Assembly: GCA_024650005.2 (NCBI GenBank)
Contig: CP122380.1
Location: 1,664,001 to 1,728,000 of the forward strand
Source: Candidatus Bathyarchaeum tardum
GTDB taxonomy: Archaea > Thermoproteota > Bathyarchaeia > Bathyarchaeales > Bathyarchaeaceae
DNA length: 64,000 nucleotides
Direction of reading: 5' to 3'
Part shown: in pieces, positions 1 through 9,858 of the stretch
How positions within the stretch are numbered: the stretch's first letter is position 1
Layout of the letters: each line of letters begins with the position of its first letter
The notes under the pieces: model-generated
Databases searched by the model: none
Told to the model about the DNA's origin: nothing
The model's input: the letters and a program-made list of their open reading frames with translations, nothing else
Made by a program: the position numbers and the translations under genes

Positions 1-1293
1 GACTTGGTACAAAAAAGAAACATGTACCTTATCAAGAAAGATTATGATGAACAAACCAAGCTGCCAGAAAAACTGGTAGTGGAAACATCCAAACAAACAG
101 CCTTAACAGTTGACATTTGGAAAAAAGCTAAAGCAAAAAAAGATTTTTCCAAATTCAAACCTGAACTGCAAAAACTTTTGGACCTAAAAAAACAGGCAGC
201 CCAGATTCTAATGGAAGTCAAACAAACAAAGACACCTTATGATGCTTTGATAGATATTTTTGAGCCTCACATGACTTCTGAAATGATTACTAAAGTATTT
301 AATCAATTGCAAGAAGGTCTAGTAGCAGTTTTGCAAAAATGCGATTCATCGCCTAAACAGCCAGATACGTCAATTCTGGAACGAAAAGTTCCTGTTGAAC
401 TACAAAAACAAATTGCCAAGATGCTGGCAGGTTTTATTGGATACGACATAGAATCATCAAAATCGGGAGGTAGAATTGATGAAACAGAACATCCGTTCAC
501 CACAGGTTACTATGATGACGTGCGAATAACAACCCATTATTACCCAAACAAGTTTGCAACATCAATTTTTTCTGTCCTACATGAAGGCGGACACGCATTG
601 TACGAACAGAGCCTAAAACCTGAATGGATGTTCCAGCCCGTAGGGACTGCGTGTTCTATGGGTTTTCATGAATCCCAGTCCCGGTTTGTAGAAAACATAG
701 TAGGACGGTCCATGGAATTTTGGAGATACTTTTTGCCATCATTGAAAAAAGTTACAGGAACTGCCCTTTCTGAGGTGAAGTTGGAAAATTTTGTTCATGC
801 AATTAATCATGTTCATTCTTCAAAGATTCGAGTTGAAGCAGACGAAGTTACATATGGTCTTCATGTAATTATTCGATTTAACCTTGAACGAGACTTGTTT
901 GCTGACAAGATTTCTGTAGATGAGCTTCCCCAAATCTGGAACGAAAACTACAACAAATATCTGGGAGTAACCATCAAAAACGATTCTGAAGGCGTTATGC
1001 AAGACACCCACTGGGCAAGCGGGTTATACGGATATTTCCCCAGTTACGCGTTAGGAAACATTTACAGCGGACAACTGATGGACTGCATGGAAAAGCAAAT
1101 TCAGGATTGGAGAACACAGATTTCTGAAGGAAACTTCCAAAACGTGAAAAACTGGTTAATCAAACACGTTCACAGTTACGGAAACTTATACAATCCCCCA
1201 GAATTAATCCAAAAAATAACTGAAACAGACCTTAATGTTGAGCCGTTCCTAAATTATTTGAACCATAAATATTCCCAGCTTTACCAGTTTTAG
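1..1293 (+). CDS. Carboxypeptidase Taq family (peptidase M32), 5'-truncated by window edge
   Basis: HEGGH zinc motif, HPF, DVRITT, HESQS, IRVEADE, QDTHW and GYFPSY motifs; frame open from base 1. Confidence 0.95.
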   Translation, partial: DLVQKRNMYLIKKDYDEQTKLPEKLVVETSKQTALTVDIWKKAKAKKDFSKFKPELQKLLDLKKQAAQILMEVKQTKTPYDALIDIFEPHMTSEMITKVFNQLQEGLVAVLQKCDSSPKQPDTSILERKVPVELQKQIAKMLAGFIGYDIESSKSGGRIDETEHPFTTGYYDDVRITTHYYPNKFATSIFSVLHEGGHALYEQSLKPEWMFQPVGTACSMGFHESQSRFVENIVGRSMEFWRYFLPSLKKVTGTALSEVKLENFVHAINHVHSSKIRVEADEVTYGLHVIIRFNLERDLFADKISVDELPQIWNENYNKYLGVTIKNDSEGVMQDTHWASGLYGYFPSYALGNIYSGQLMDCMEKQIQDWRTQISEGNFQNVKNWLIKHVHSYGNLYNPPELIQKITETDLNVEPFLNYLNHKYSQLYQF

Positions 1294-1441
1294 CCGAAAC
1301 CATTCGGATGCATTCTTTTTGGTTTATTGCCAAATTTTTTTGATTAAAAACAACGCACCACAGCAGTTTTTTCGGTTCTCACAATAAGGTTTAAATGAGG
1401 ATATTTGGATAAGTGCTGTGAACTTATTGGAGGAACAGGAA

Positions 1442-1699
1442 ATGGTTGAATTTCCCGAAGATGTTGTAAAGCAAGCGTTCGGCGCTGCAGACTATAGATG
1501 TGAATGCCTAAAGCTTGAACATGGACACAAATACAATTCATTATGTATGAAACAAGTTGACTGGAACAAACGAGGTCAACCAGACGAAAAAGGCTGGGAA
1601 GCAGACTTCATCGTTAGCCCAGAAAAAGGCGGCACACCAGTAATCGAGAACTGCGAAATTCTCTGCTGGGACTGCTACACCAAAAAACACAAAAAGTAG
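1442..1699 (+). CDS. Small HNH-like zinc-binding protein with degenerate active site
   Basis: GGAGGA SD then ATG 1442; CEC...WEADFI...GG...NCEILCWDC layout of small HNH proteins. Confidence 0.65.
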   Translation: MVEFPEDVVKQAFGAADYRCECLKLEHGHKYNSLCMKQVDWNKRGQPDEKGWEADFIVSPEKGGTPVIENCEILCWDCYTKKHKK

Positions 1700-1720
1700 T
1701 TGTTTTTAAAAACTACTTTT
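1692..1720. terminator. Inverted repeat between convergent genes, probable terminator
   Basis: AAAAGTAGTT-N9-AACTACTTTT. Confidence 0.5.
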
Positions 1721-1750
1721 CATCCATTTTTATTCATTCATCTCAGGATT

Positions 1751-3760
1751 TTATCTTTTAGATACGATTTTTCCCCGACCTAACGGAATAAAGCGTTGAA
1801 ATTCATCTAACGGAATCGCAGTTACTGTTCTTTTTAGTTCATCAGGAACCTTAGTAGACAAGGTATGGCGCATCTTTTTTGCAATCTCGCTGCTTTTTTG
1901 GGTGCCTGGAATAAGTTCAATATATGCATCTGCTTGACTGCTAATCGCATCCACTGGTCCCCCTACAAGGGTAACGTCGTCATCTTCAATTTTTAATCCA
2001 ATTGCAACACGCAATTTTGCACCCCGAACAAAATTTTTGGTTCCCCGAATCATAAACGACCCTTTTGGCAACGACTGCCCAGAAGGCGGAGTTTTACTCA
2101 CCTGATCAGGATGTATCCAGTAAACGTTAATGGCAGTGAGAAGTTCTTTCCAAGCTCGAGAATAGGACGCTGCAAGTTGAGCAGCCTCGTTGATAGTTTG
2201 TTCAGGAACAGTTTTCCCTTCGGTTTTAATCAAAACAAAAGGTGCTCCAACTATTTCAGCGTGAAAAACAATATCGTTAGGATCCATGCGTTTCTTGACA
2301 ATCAACTCGTTTGTGGTAGCGTCTCGACCGCCAATAACCAGAAAGCCGTCAGAAGAATAGAACCATCTGAATTTTTCGTACCACTCTTTTTTCCGTCGTT
2401 TAGCAAGAGGTTGCTGTTCTTTTTTCGCTATCGCGACCTGTTTTTTTGCTTCCTCGATTTTTGCCCGGGTTTCTTCAAGGATTTTTTCTGCGCCCTTCAG
2501 TTTTTTTTCAGCTTTCTTAGATTTTAAATAGTAACGGTTCGCGTTATCTTGAATGGTATCACGAAGGTTCAAAGAAAAAGTATTGTCACCAACAGAAAGG
2601 CAAAGAATTTGGTTTTTCGAGTCTAACGACTGGAAAAAAGTAGCAGGATAAATGTTCGCTTTCTTTCCAGCTTGCAATGCTGAAGCGATTTCATCCCAAG
2701 ATTTTCCATAATTTTTTTGTTCCAAAATTTTTTGCAAAAGGGCTTGGAAATCTCCAAAATGCTGGTAAATCAAATCTCCAATGTTCTTGTTTTTTATGAT
2801 TGGCTCTTTTAGATCTTCTAAAGCCTGCAGTTGCTTTTCAAGAATCCGTTTATGGCGAGCAACTTCACTTTCCACATCTCCAGTGGCTTCTTTGGTGTTT
2901 TCAACATCAGTAATTTTTGCGTAGTATTCATCAAGACCAGTGTTGAAGGTTTCAAATTTTTGTTTGTTGAACTGCTCATATTTTTTAAGAGCCACGGGGG
3001 TAACGTCAACCCATTTTTGGTTTTCATCACTTACTATGCCGGGTTCTAAAGTTCCGGATTCAATTACTGACAAAAGGTTTTGTAGTTCACTAAAGATTGT
3101 GCCAATTTCGTCAATTTTAAGTTCGTTGCAGTGAACCCTTTTGTTTGTACCGGAACGTAAGAGAATTTCTTCAGCGTAGGTTCCACTGATGCTAACAATT
3201 TTGGTTAAAGCGCGTACAATTTCTGTTTCCCCGAAGTCTTTGATTTCTTTAAACTCTTCAAGACTTAGAGTAAGAGGATTTTTTCCTCGGGCAGGGGGAT
3301 ACTGAAAAGGTTCAGCTCGCAGAATGTTTCGGTCTTTCATTCGTTTATATGTCATGGCTTGTAAGATTTTGTTTTCCGGGTCAACTAGGATGATGTTTCC
3401 GCCTCCGAAAAATTCTGAAACCAACTGGAAAACTCCTTGACGAGTGGCAATTTCAATTGTTGCTATCCGTTCAAATTCGTGCTGTTTAACTGTCTGGATT
3501 ACCCCGTTGTCCAGATATTTTCTAAGGGACATACAAAAAGCAGAAGGCCGTTGAGGCGTTTCATGGGCATATGAGGTAAAATGAAGTCGTTTACCTGCTT
3601 CAATGAGCAATTGTATTCGAGGATTTCCGGGTTTGCGAAGCTTTAGGAGAATTGTTTTGGTTCCAATCTGATAAATTTTTGATATGAAAGCCCCTTCTAC
3701 GGTCTCATTGATTTCTCGAGTAACTGCTGCTAGATCAAAGCTTGTCATTACATCTTTCAA
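1751..3760 (-). CDS. rqcH: Ribosome quality control protein RqcH/Rqc2 (NEMF/NFACT family)
   Basis: NFACT-N (PSAFCMSLRKYL, FERI, GGGNIIL), coiled coil, NFACT-R (WYEKFRWF, GGRDATTNE, GSFMIRG); TTG start. Confidence 0.93.
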   Translation of the reverse strand: MKDVMTSFDLAAVTREINETVEGAFISKIYQIGTKTILLKLRKPGNPRIQLLIEAGKRLHFTSYAHETPQRPSAFCMSLRKYLDNGVIQTVKQHEFERIATIEIATRQGVFQLVSEFFGGGNIILVDPENKILQAMTYKRMKDRNILRAEPFQYPPARGKNPLTLSLEEFKEIKDFGETEIVRALTKIVSISGTYAEEILLRSGTNKRVHCNELKIDEIGTIFSELQNLLSVIESGTLEPGIVSDENQKWVDVTPVALKKYEQFNKQKFETFNTGLDEYYAKITDVENTKEATGDVESEVARHKRILEKQLQALEDLKEPIIKNKNIGDLIYQHFGDFQALLQKILEQKNYGKSWDEIASALQAGKKANIYPATFFQSLDSKNQILCLSVGDNTFSLNLRDTIQDNANRYYLKSKKAEKKLKGAEKILEETRAKIEEAKKQVAIAKKEQQPLAKRRKKEWYEKFRWFYSSDGFLVIGGRDATTNELIVKKRMDPNDIVFHAEIVGAPFVLIKTEGKTVPEQTINEAAQLAASYSRAWKELLTAINVYWIHPDQVSKTPPSGQSLPKGSFMIRGTKNFVRGAKLRVAIGLKIEDDDVTLVGGPVDAISSQADAYIELIPGTQKSSEIAKKMRHTLSTKVPDELKRTVTAIPLDEFQRFIPLGRGKIVSKR

Positions 3761-3867
3761 CGTTATTGCCTCAGAAACGAGAACCTTGTTTATAGTCCTT
3801 AAAAGAAGTATTCCCTATTCCTTTTCTGTCTTATGTTACGGAAACAAAAAATGCGTTAACCACAAAA

Positions 3868-4113
3868 TTATTTTTTACCTTCTTTTTTATCAGATTTCTT
3901 AGGTTTTTTAGGTTTGCCCGATAAGGGAAAAATTATCAACCAAAAATAGATTACAAAAATTATTTCAAGAAGAATTCCTGATGGCGTGAACAGAATCATT
4001 ATCGGGGAATTACCGACAATAACCAACATTACCACAAGAAACAGAAAAACTAGAAGAAAAATTGCAATAAGTTGCAAAACAAACGTGTATATTGCACTAG
4101 TCTTGCCCCCCAT
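3868..4113 (-). CDS. Small two-helix membrane protein
   Basis: Two hydrophobic segments and a Lys-rich tail; ATG 4113 preferred, TTG 4188 possible. Confidence 0.6.
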   Translation of the reverse strand: MGGKTSAIYTFVLQLIAIFLLVFLFLVVMLVIVGNSPIMILFTPSGILLEIIFVIYFWLIIFPLSGKPKKPKKSDKKEGKK

Positions 4114-4288
4114 TTGTAATGTCCCCTGTTTTGAAACTTTTTGGTTTAAACAGTTTATAATGTTAGCCTTATTCTTTTTTTCGTTCAATTACAAAAAAAG
4201 AAACCCTATAATCTGTTTTATGCACTTGAACAAAAAACGACTTTTGCAAAAGATTTTATAAGCATTCAACAATTCAGTTTGAAGTCTC

Positions 4289-5455
4289 ATGAAGCGCTGG
4301 TTGCTAAGTATTGCAGTTATTTTACTGATTTCCGCTATTAGTTTTTCATTAATTTTTATTGGTCACCATGAAACTGAACCTGCTGATGAATTCTTTTTTG
4401 GGGTTTCTTTTGGAGGTAACTCAACCAGCCAAGCAAAGCTTCTAATAGACAAAGTGAAAAATTACACAAACTTTTTTCTCATAAGCAATTGGGACGTGTC
4501 AATGAACCAAACTGCACTAAACGAAATTAGCCAATATGCTGTCGATGCCAACATGAACATAATGGTTTATTTTGATTTTATTCCTTATCAAACATATCCT
4601 TGGATTCAAGATTATTTACTTACTGCAAAACAAAGATGGGGAGAACAATTTCTGGGAGTATATTTACATGACGAACCTGGAGGAAAACAAATAGATTCCG
4701 GGCATTGGCGTGCTCCAGATAACGGAAGCAATGTTTTTGAAAACGTTTCAGACTACACCGATGCTGCTAACAGGTTTGTTGAAGGAATCTCTTCAGGATA
4801 CAGTTGGCAGTTCGTAAAAAACAACAGTCTTCCAGTTTTCACGTCAGATTACGCATTGTATTGGTTTGATTACCTCGCTGGATACGATACAATTTTTGTT
4901 GAATTAGGTTGGGGGCACAACCCAATCCAGCACATAGGCATGTGCAGGGGCGCAGCAAAGGTCCAAAACAAAGATTGGGGCGCCATTATCGTATGGAACA
5001 CCCAAGACCCAGACGATACCCATAAAGGAACCTACAAAACTGGACCTGAAATGTTTGACGACATGGTTACAGCGTACACTGCGGGAGCAAAATATATTGT
5101 AGTGTTTAATTATCCGTATGAGCAAACTTTTGGCATCTTAGAGGAACAACATTTCACAGCCATGGAAACATTTTGGAACTTAACTTGTTCCCCTAATCAG
5201 GAAAATTTGGAAAAAATCAAGGGGGACGTGGCGTTTGTTTTGCCAAAAGATTACGGATGGGGCATGCGACATCCCGAAGACAAAATTTGGATGCCAATAT
5301 GGGGACCAAATGAACAGTCTGAGTTGATTTGGAGCAACATGAACAAGTTAATTGCAAAGTATGAGTTGAGGCTGGACATAATCTTCGATGATGCACGTTT
5401 TGATTTTTTGGATATTTATTCTGAAATCTATTATTGGGACAGCGAAATCTCTTGA
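4289..5455 (+). CDS. Membrane-anchored or secreted hypothetical protein, possible glycoside-hydrolase-like barrel
   Basis: N-terminal hydrophobic helix; YLHDEPGG, FTSDYALYWFDY; Trp/Tyr-rich. Confidence 0.7.
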   Translation: MKRWLLSIAVILLISAISFSLIFIGHHETEPADEFFFGVSFGGNSTSQAKLLIDKVKNYTNFFLISNWDVSMNQTALNEISQYAVDANMNIMVYFDFIPYQTYPWIQDYLLTAKQRWGEQFLGVYLHDEPGGKQIDSGHWRAPDNGSNVFENVSDYTDAANRFVEGISSGYSWQFVKNNSLPVFTSDYALYWFDYLAGYDTIFVELGWGHNPIQHIGMCRGAAKVQNKDWGAIIVWNTQDPDDTHKGTYKTGPEMFDDMVTAYTAGAKYIVVFNYPYEQTFGILEEQHFTAMETFWNLTCSPNQENLEKIKGDVAFVLPKDYGWGMRHPEDKIWMPIWGPNEQSELIWSNMNKLIAKYELRLDIIFDDARFDFLDIYSEIYYWDSEIS

Positions 5456-5599
5456 AACATTTTAAAATCAATTAGGGTGCAGCTCGGGAATGACCAGGTT
5501 TAGGTTAAACCCTTTTTTGATGTAAGTGTGAAAAACTATATAGGAAACGAAAATAACTAATGCAACAACACTACAATAAAACCAAAAGCAGGTATCAAC

Positions 5600-6130
5600 T
5601 TGAAGACGCTAAACGTTATTTACATTTGCCGAGTTGGCATAGCTGTCCTAGCTGCACTAGTAGCCTCATTTACGGTTGACCTCAAAGTAGGTGACCCCCT
5701 GCTTAACGGAATCAGCATCAGTTTAGCGATTTACATTCTTTCATACTATGTCCTAAAATATTTCTTCATGAACAAAGTGGATAAGCCAACAAAAATTTTC
5801 ACCATGGGAATAGGAGGATACTTTCTCACGTTTTTGCTATGCTGGGTACTCTTTATCACCCCAACCCTTGCAATTCCTCAAGCTCAATTCACGGTAGACG
5901 ATTACAACCCCGAAGTAGGACAAACAATAACATTTGATGCCAGAATGAGCACAGACTCTGACGGAGAAATCGTCAGGTATTCATGGAATTTTGGAGACGA
6001 AAAGACCAGCGAGGGAATGACAACAACCCACAGTTACAGTGCCCCCGATGAATATATTGTTATTTTAACTGTTGTTGACGACAATGGGTTAACTCACAGC
6101 AACTCAACAACAATAACAGTTAGACCTTAA
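5600..6130 (+). CDS. EMC6-like three-TM membrane protein fused to a C-terminal PKD domain
   Basis: Three TM segments ending GIGGYFLTFLLCWVLF; PKD motif FDA..STDSDGEI..YSWNFGD...HSY...Y.V.LTVVDDNG. Confidence 0.75.
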   Translation: MKTLNVIYICRVGIAVLAALVASFTVDLKVGDPLLNGISISLAIYILSYYVLKYFFMNKVDKPTKIFTMGIGGYFLTFLLCWVLFITPTLAIPQAQFTVDDYNPEVGQTITFDARMSTDSDGEIVRYSWNFGDEKTSEGMTTTHSYSAPDEYIVILTVVDDNGLTHSNSTTITVRP

Positions 6131-6460
6131 GGAAAAATAACATTTTTAGAAAAAAAAAATAATGTCAAAAAATAGTTGGCAGTAGCCACGGTTGCAAAAA
6201 TAAATGAACAATTCTTGTGCTCCTTTGGGTCTTCAGAAAAAAGGCATTTTTCAACGTGGAACGGTCATAAAAGTAGTAGTCATAGACAAAAATTAAAGAT
6301 GCACAACTACCGCGTTTTTTCTCTGGAAATCCATCAAATAAAGAAGAAGGGCATAATAATAAATACTCTTGACCTTCTTCTGAAATATTATATTTGAAGT
6401 TTTGTGGCTATGGGCAGATTATAATTAAAATCGTTTCAAAATTGAACGCCTATTAGGATG

Positions 6461-7222
6461 TCAATATCCTGCTTTTTGTAGAATCTTTTTTACTGATACG
6501 TATGCGGGTGATGTGTTGGGTAAATCTATTAGAGATGCCCCTTTGAGGACTGCTTCTTCCACTTCTTTGTCGTAGCTGATTTTTCCTAGATATGTTAGGT
6601 TTATTCGTTTTTGGACTTCTTCTTCAAGTGATTCGGGTACTCTGTTGCCTGCGACTACATAGAAATTGTTGAATTTGATGTCTACGTCTTTTGCGATTTT
6701 GTAAGCTCGTTCCACGTGGTGAAAAGATTTTTGTGAGGGGTCAATAATGTCAAACATGTCGTCAACCTCTGAGGCGATGCGTCGGTTTAGGTGTTCTAAA
6801 CCTCCGGGAGAGTCAATAATTACGTACTTGTAGGTTTTTGTTAACCCTGCCAGAGCAGTTTTTAGGGCGTTGTTTGGTAGACAATAGCATCCTTCAATGA
6901 ATTTGGTTCCAATGGCCATGAAATCAAATTGGTCACCTTCGTAAAGTCCAGTTTCCCAGATTTTGCTTTCAATTCGTTTAGATGGAGGAACCCCAACTGT
7001 TGTGCCGCCACCTTCCATGAAAGTGTCCACAAGCAGTTCAGAGATTGTTTTTCGTCCCTCGTCGCTGAGATCAATTCCCAGCATTTCTGACAGGTTCTGG
7101 TCAGGGTCAGCATCAATAAGAAGAATAGGAGTTTCACCTTTTTCAATGAAGTATTTTGTCATAAGGGAAACAAAAGTAGTTTTTCCGCTGCCACCTCTAC
7201 CTAAAGTAACAATTTTCTTCAT
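6461..7222 (-). CDS. cooC: CooC/AcsF-type nickel-insertion ATPase
   Basis: GRGGSGKTT Walker A, DADPDQNL, EGCYC, GLEHLNR. Confidence 0.88.
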   Translation of the reverse strand: MKKIVTLGRGGSGKTTFVSLMTKYFIEKGETPILLIDADPDQNLSEMLGIDLSDEGRKTISELLVDTFMEGGGTTVGVPPSKRIESKIWETGLYEGDQFDFMAIGTKFIEGCYCLPNNALKTALAGLTKTYKYVIIDSPGGLEHLNRRIASEVDDMFDIIDPSQKSFHHVERAYKIAKDVDIKFNNFYVVAGNRVPESLEEEVQKRINLTYLGKISYDKEVEEAVLKGASLIDLPNTSPAYVSVKKILQKAGY

Positions 7223-7494
7223 ACATGCCACATCCAATTGTTACAAAAACAACTTTCACGACAGAATTTATAGTTATTTCTTTATTTATTTTTATTATAG
7301 TTTTTCTTTTTTCTTATTCTACTCTTTTTATTGTTTTTCGTTTCGGTTAGAAAACCCAAAAAAATAATGTCAATTCTTTTGTTTTTCCATTATTTTTCTT
7401 CATTTTCCCATTATTTTTATGCATAAGTTTACAATTACAACATAAAATTTATTAACAGTTTGATACTAGGATGATATTAGTTAGGTGAAAAGAA

Positions 7495-7665
7495 ACGCTT
7501 CCAAAACCAATACGTCCATTAATTAAAACACAATGGAATGCTATTGAAGCAGATATGAAATGAACACCATCTACTAAAGATATCGAACGAATCAAAAGAG
7601 TTAAAGAAACTTTTAAAAATTATGTCACTCAATCTAATTGTTACGATGTCTTGAAAGTGTTTTGA
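7495..7665 (+). pseudogene. Possible decayed small ORF with in-frame TGA at 7561
   Basis: AGGTGA SD at 7483-7488; frame reads LPKPIRPLIKTQWNAIEADMK*TPSTKDIERIKRVKETFKN; no canonical start. Confidence 0.3.
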
Positions 7666-8057
7666 TGTCCAATTGCCAAGAACTTACTTGTTTCTTCTGA
7701 AGTCATGGAAGATAGGATCCCTTCAAAATAGGGATTATTGTTTCTTGTTGTGTTATTAAATTTGATAAGGGTAATTAATGTGTTTTCTATCATGCTCGGA
7801 TTTATTCGATAAAGTGTCTTCCGTCGGTTTCGAGGGTCTTTCTGTTTAATTACAATCTTTCCCAGACTTTTAATGATGTCTAATATCCATCTTTCCGACA
7901 AATCTTTGTTATATCTTTGTTTTAATTCATCTCTAATTTGCTGGATCGATGTTGCGGCAATAATTTGGTCTCTTTTTTCTGAAGTTCTATATATTATTGC
8001 AATTATAGCCAATTTTGTTTTTACTGAAATTAATGTCCCCCCAAATACTGCATACAA
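7641..8057 (-). CDS. Winged-helix DNA-binding protein
   Basis: SIQQIRDEL..LSERWILDIIKSL..KDPRNRRKTLYRI wing pattern; start TTG 8057 or ATT 8030. Confidence 0.65.
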   Translation of the reverse strand: MYAVFGGTLISVKTKLAIIAIIYRTSEKRDQIIAATSIQQIRDELKQRYNKDLSERWILDIIKSLGKIVIKQKDPRNRRKTLYRINPSMIENTLITLIKFNNTTRNNNPYFEGILSSMTSEETSKFLAIGHQNTFKTS

Positions 8058-8232
8058 TCGTTACGCAAACTATCTAATAAGACATATATTAAGATATGTG
8101 ATATACTAAATATAAATTTTTTAGTTAGTTTTTAAAATCCATTTTCTCCAATTCAACGATTAATGTTTATCGCTGAAGAAAAACATCGTCATTATTCAGC
8201 AATTGATTAATTATGTTTTTTTTAATTATTAC

Positions 8233-8253
8233 TTACATAATCGCATTATGTAA
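8233..8253. promoter_or_regulatory. Perfect inverted repeat, candidate operator
   Basis: TTACATAAT-CGC-ATTATGTAA just after a T/A-rich TATA-like stretch and before the next gene. Confidence 0.5.
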
Positions 8254-8283
8254 AAATTGAATTGTCATAAAGGAGGTGAGATT

Positions 8284-9168
8284 TTGAATAAAAAAACCGC
8301 ATGTTGCATATCATCATTAGTGATCGTTTTAATGGTTTTCTCTTTTACTTTAAGTGCCTTTGCCTACTCCACTTCCTATTCCAAAAAACCAACTTCTGTG
8401 AAAATACCAGATTTCACAAAATCTGAAGATATTCGAGAAGAAATTGCTGAAAAATACGGAGATAGACGTGATATTGACAACCCTCCCCCGAAAGGTGACA
8501 CGTATCGTTCAGTGCATAAAGCATGGGGAGCTGACATAAACCAAATTACGTACCCTCCATTGTGGCAACCCACGATAAAAGGTGCTTTAGCTAGACACTA
8601 TATTGACGAGTCATTAACTCTAGGAACAGACGAAGATCGAACGTTATATGCTCCAACACTTAAACCCCCAGAACCTTGTCCTCTTGAAGTTGCTACGACA
8701 TACCGATACACATCAGGCTACGGTTTAGAACGATATGTGGGAATTTGGGACCATAACGATGAACCAGGATTCGCAATAAAAATTTATTTCAATGAACTTG
8801 ACAATGATGGCTGGTTATCTCAAGATGGTATTGGAACATATTATGAGGTTGGAATCGCTTGGAACAGTGGCTTAGGAGAATGGGTTGTATATCTTCACAA
8901 CTTTGGCAATAGCAGCTGGCCTATAATTTACAGTCAAGAAGATGATAACTATGACCATGGAGGATGGGACTTCTATGAAGGTTACTATGAAACGAGTTGG
9001 CCTGAAACTCCGTATCTCAGAGCTTATGACATCGAAGTTTTTTACGTTACAACACAATCATGGTCGACGAATACATGGCCAGTTGGTTATGTAATTAATG
9101 ATTGGTCAGGATTCTCTCTGGAGCACGACTTCATCAGTGACTATTATGACTGGTATGTAGGTGAGTGA
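8284..9168 (+). CDS. Secreted hypothetical protein (Trp/Tyr-rich)
   Basis: AGGAGGTGA SD then TTG 8284; signal peptide ending SAFA. Confidence 0.8.
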   Translation: MNKKTACCISSLVIVLMVFSFTLSAFAYSTSYSKKPTSVKIPDFTKSEDIREEIAEKYGDRRDIDNPPPKGDTYRSVHKAWGADINQITYPPLWQPTIKGALARHYIDESLTLGTDEDRTLYAPTLKPPEPCPLEVATTYRYTSGYGLERYVGIWDHNDEPGFAIKIYFNELDNDGWLSQDGIGTYYEVGIAWNSGLGEWVVYLHNFGNSSWPIIYSQEDDNYDHGGWDFYEGYYETSWPETPYLRAYDIEVFYVTTQSWSTNTWPVGYVINDWSGFSLEHDFISDYYDWYVGE

Positions 9169-9324
9169 TTATGAAATCGTCTCAATTTTCCTCTCTTTTT
9201 TTATTTACTTTCAAAAATAACACATTGAAATAAATGTGGCATAATTTTTCATTTTTGTTATAATTTTTATAGTTAGAATGACAAATACTATTGTATATCT
9301 TAGTATAACATTACTGGGGATTAT

Positions 9325-9858
9325 ATGGAAAAAAAATATCTTTTTGCGATTTTTTTGGTATCCTGTATTATCATTATTTCGATGTTGTTTACTCATCAAT
9401 CAATTACGAAGGACACTTCGTGGATTGATGATGTTGAGAATTTTATCAATAAAAAAAATTGGGATTCTGAAATTAAATACGAACCCATGAGTGACTGGTC
9501 ATTTTTTCTTGTCGAAAATGGAACAGAACAATTCTTTGCTTTGGAAGGACAAAATGAGTTCATATCATTTGTCAATAATTTGCTAAATAAAGTTAATGAC
9601 CAGATTGAAGATTCCTTAGATCCGTCTGTTCTAGGAGAACTTAAAACTAATGAGAGAATGTTAAAAGTTGTTCACCGTTTCTCTACAAAAAGTGATTTTT
9701 GGAAAACTCCTAACAATTTTGGTGCTCAAGTTGACTATGATTTATTGTACTTTGTTTTAAAAGATGACTCTGGAAAGGGTTTGGAGGGAACAATAATCGT
9801 TCGAGAACCAAACGCAGAGCAAACAGATTACGTTTACAGTGTTTGGCAAATAACCTGA
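9325..9858 (+). CDS. Membrane-anchored hypothetical protein
   Basis: GGGGA SD, ATG, N-terminal hydrophobic helix. Confidence 0.75.
   Translation: MEKKYLFAIFLVSCIIIISMLFTHQSITKDTSWIDDVENFINKKNWDSEIKYEPMSDWSFFLVENGTEQFFALEGQNEFISFVNNLLNKVNDQIEDSLDPSVLGELKTNERMLKVVHRFSTKSDFWKTPNNFGAQVDYDLLYFVLKDDSGKGLEGTIIVREPNAEQTDYVYSVWQIT

Noticed and set aside
6176-6420. Short ORFs on both strands between the PKD gene and cooC
   Set aside because: No SD, no recognisable motif, AT-rich; probably spurious or decayed.
7260-7430. T-rich low-complexity tract as a replication origin or repeat array
   Set aside because: No ORB-like G-string boxes, no cdc6/orc1 nearby and no regular period.
7561-7563. In-frame TGA as selenocysteine
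   Set aside because: Not in a redox or Cys-type context, no SECIS recognised and no valid start; a nonsense mutation is simpler.
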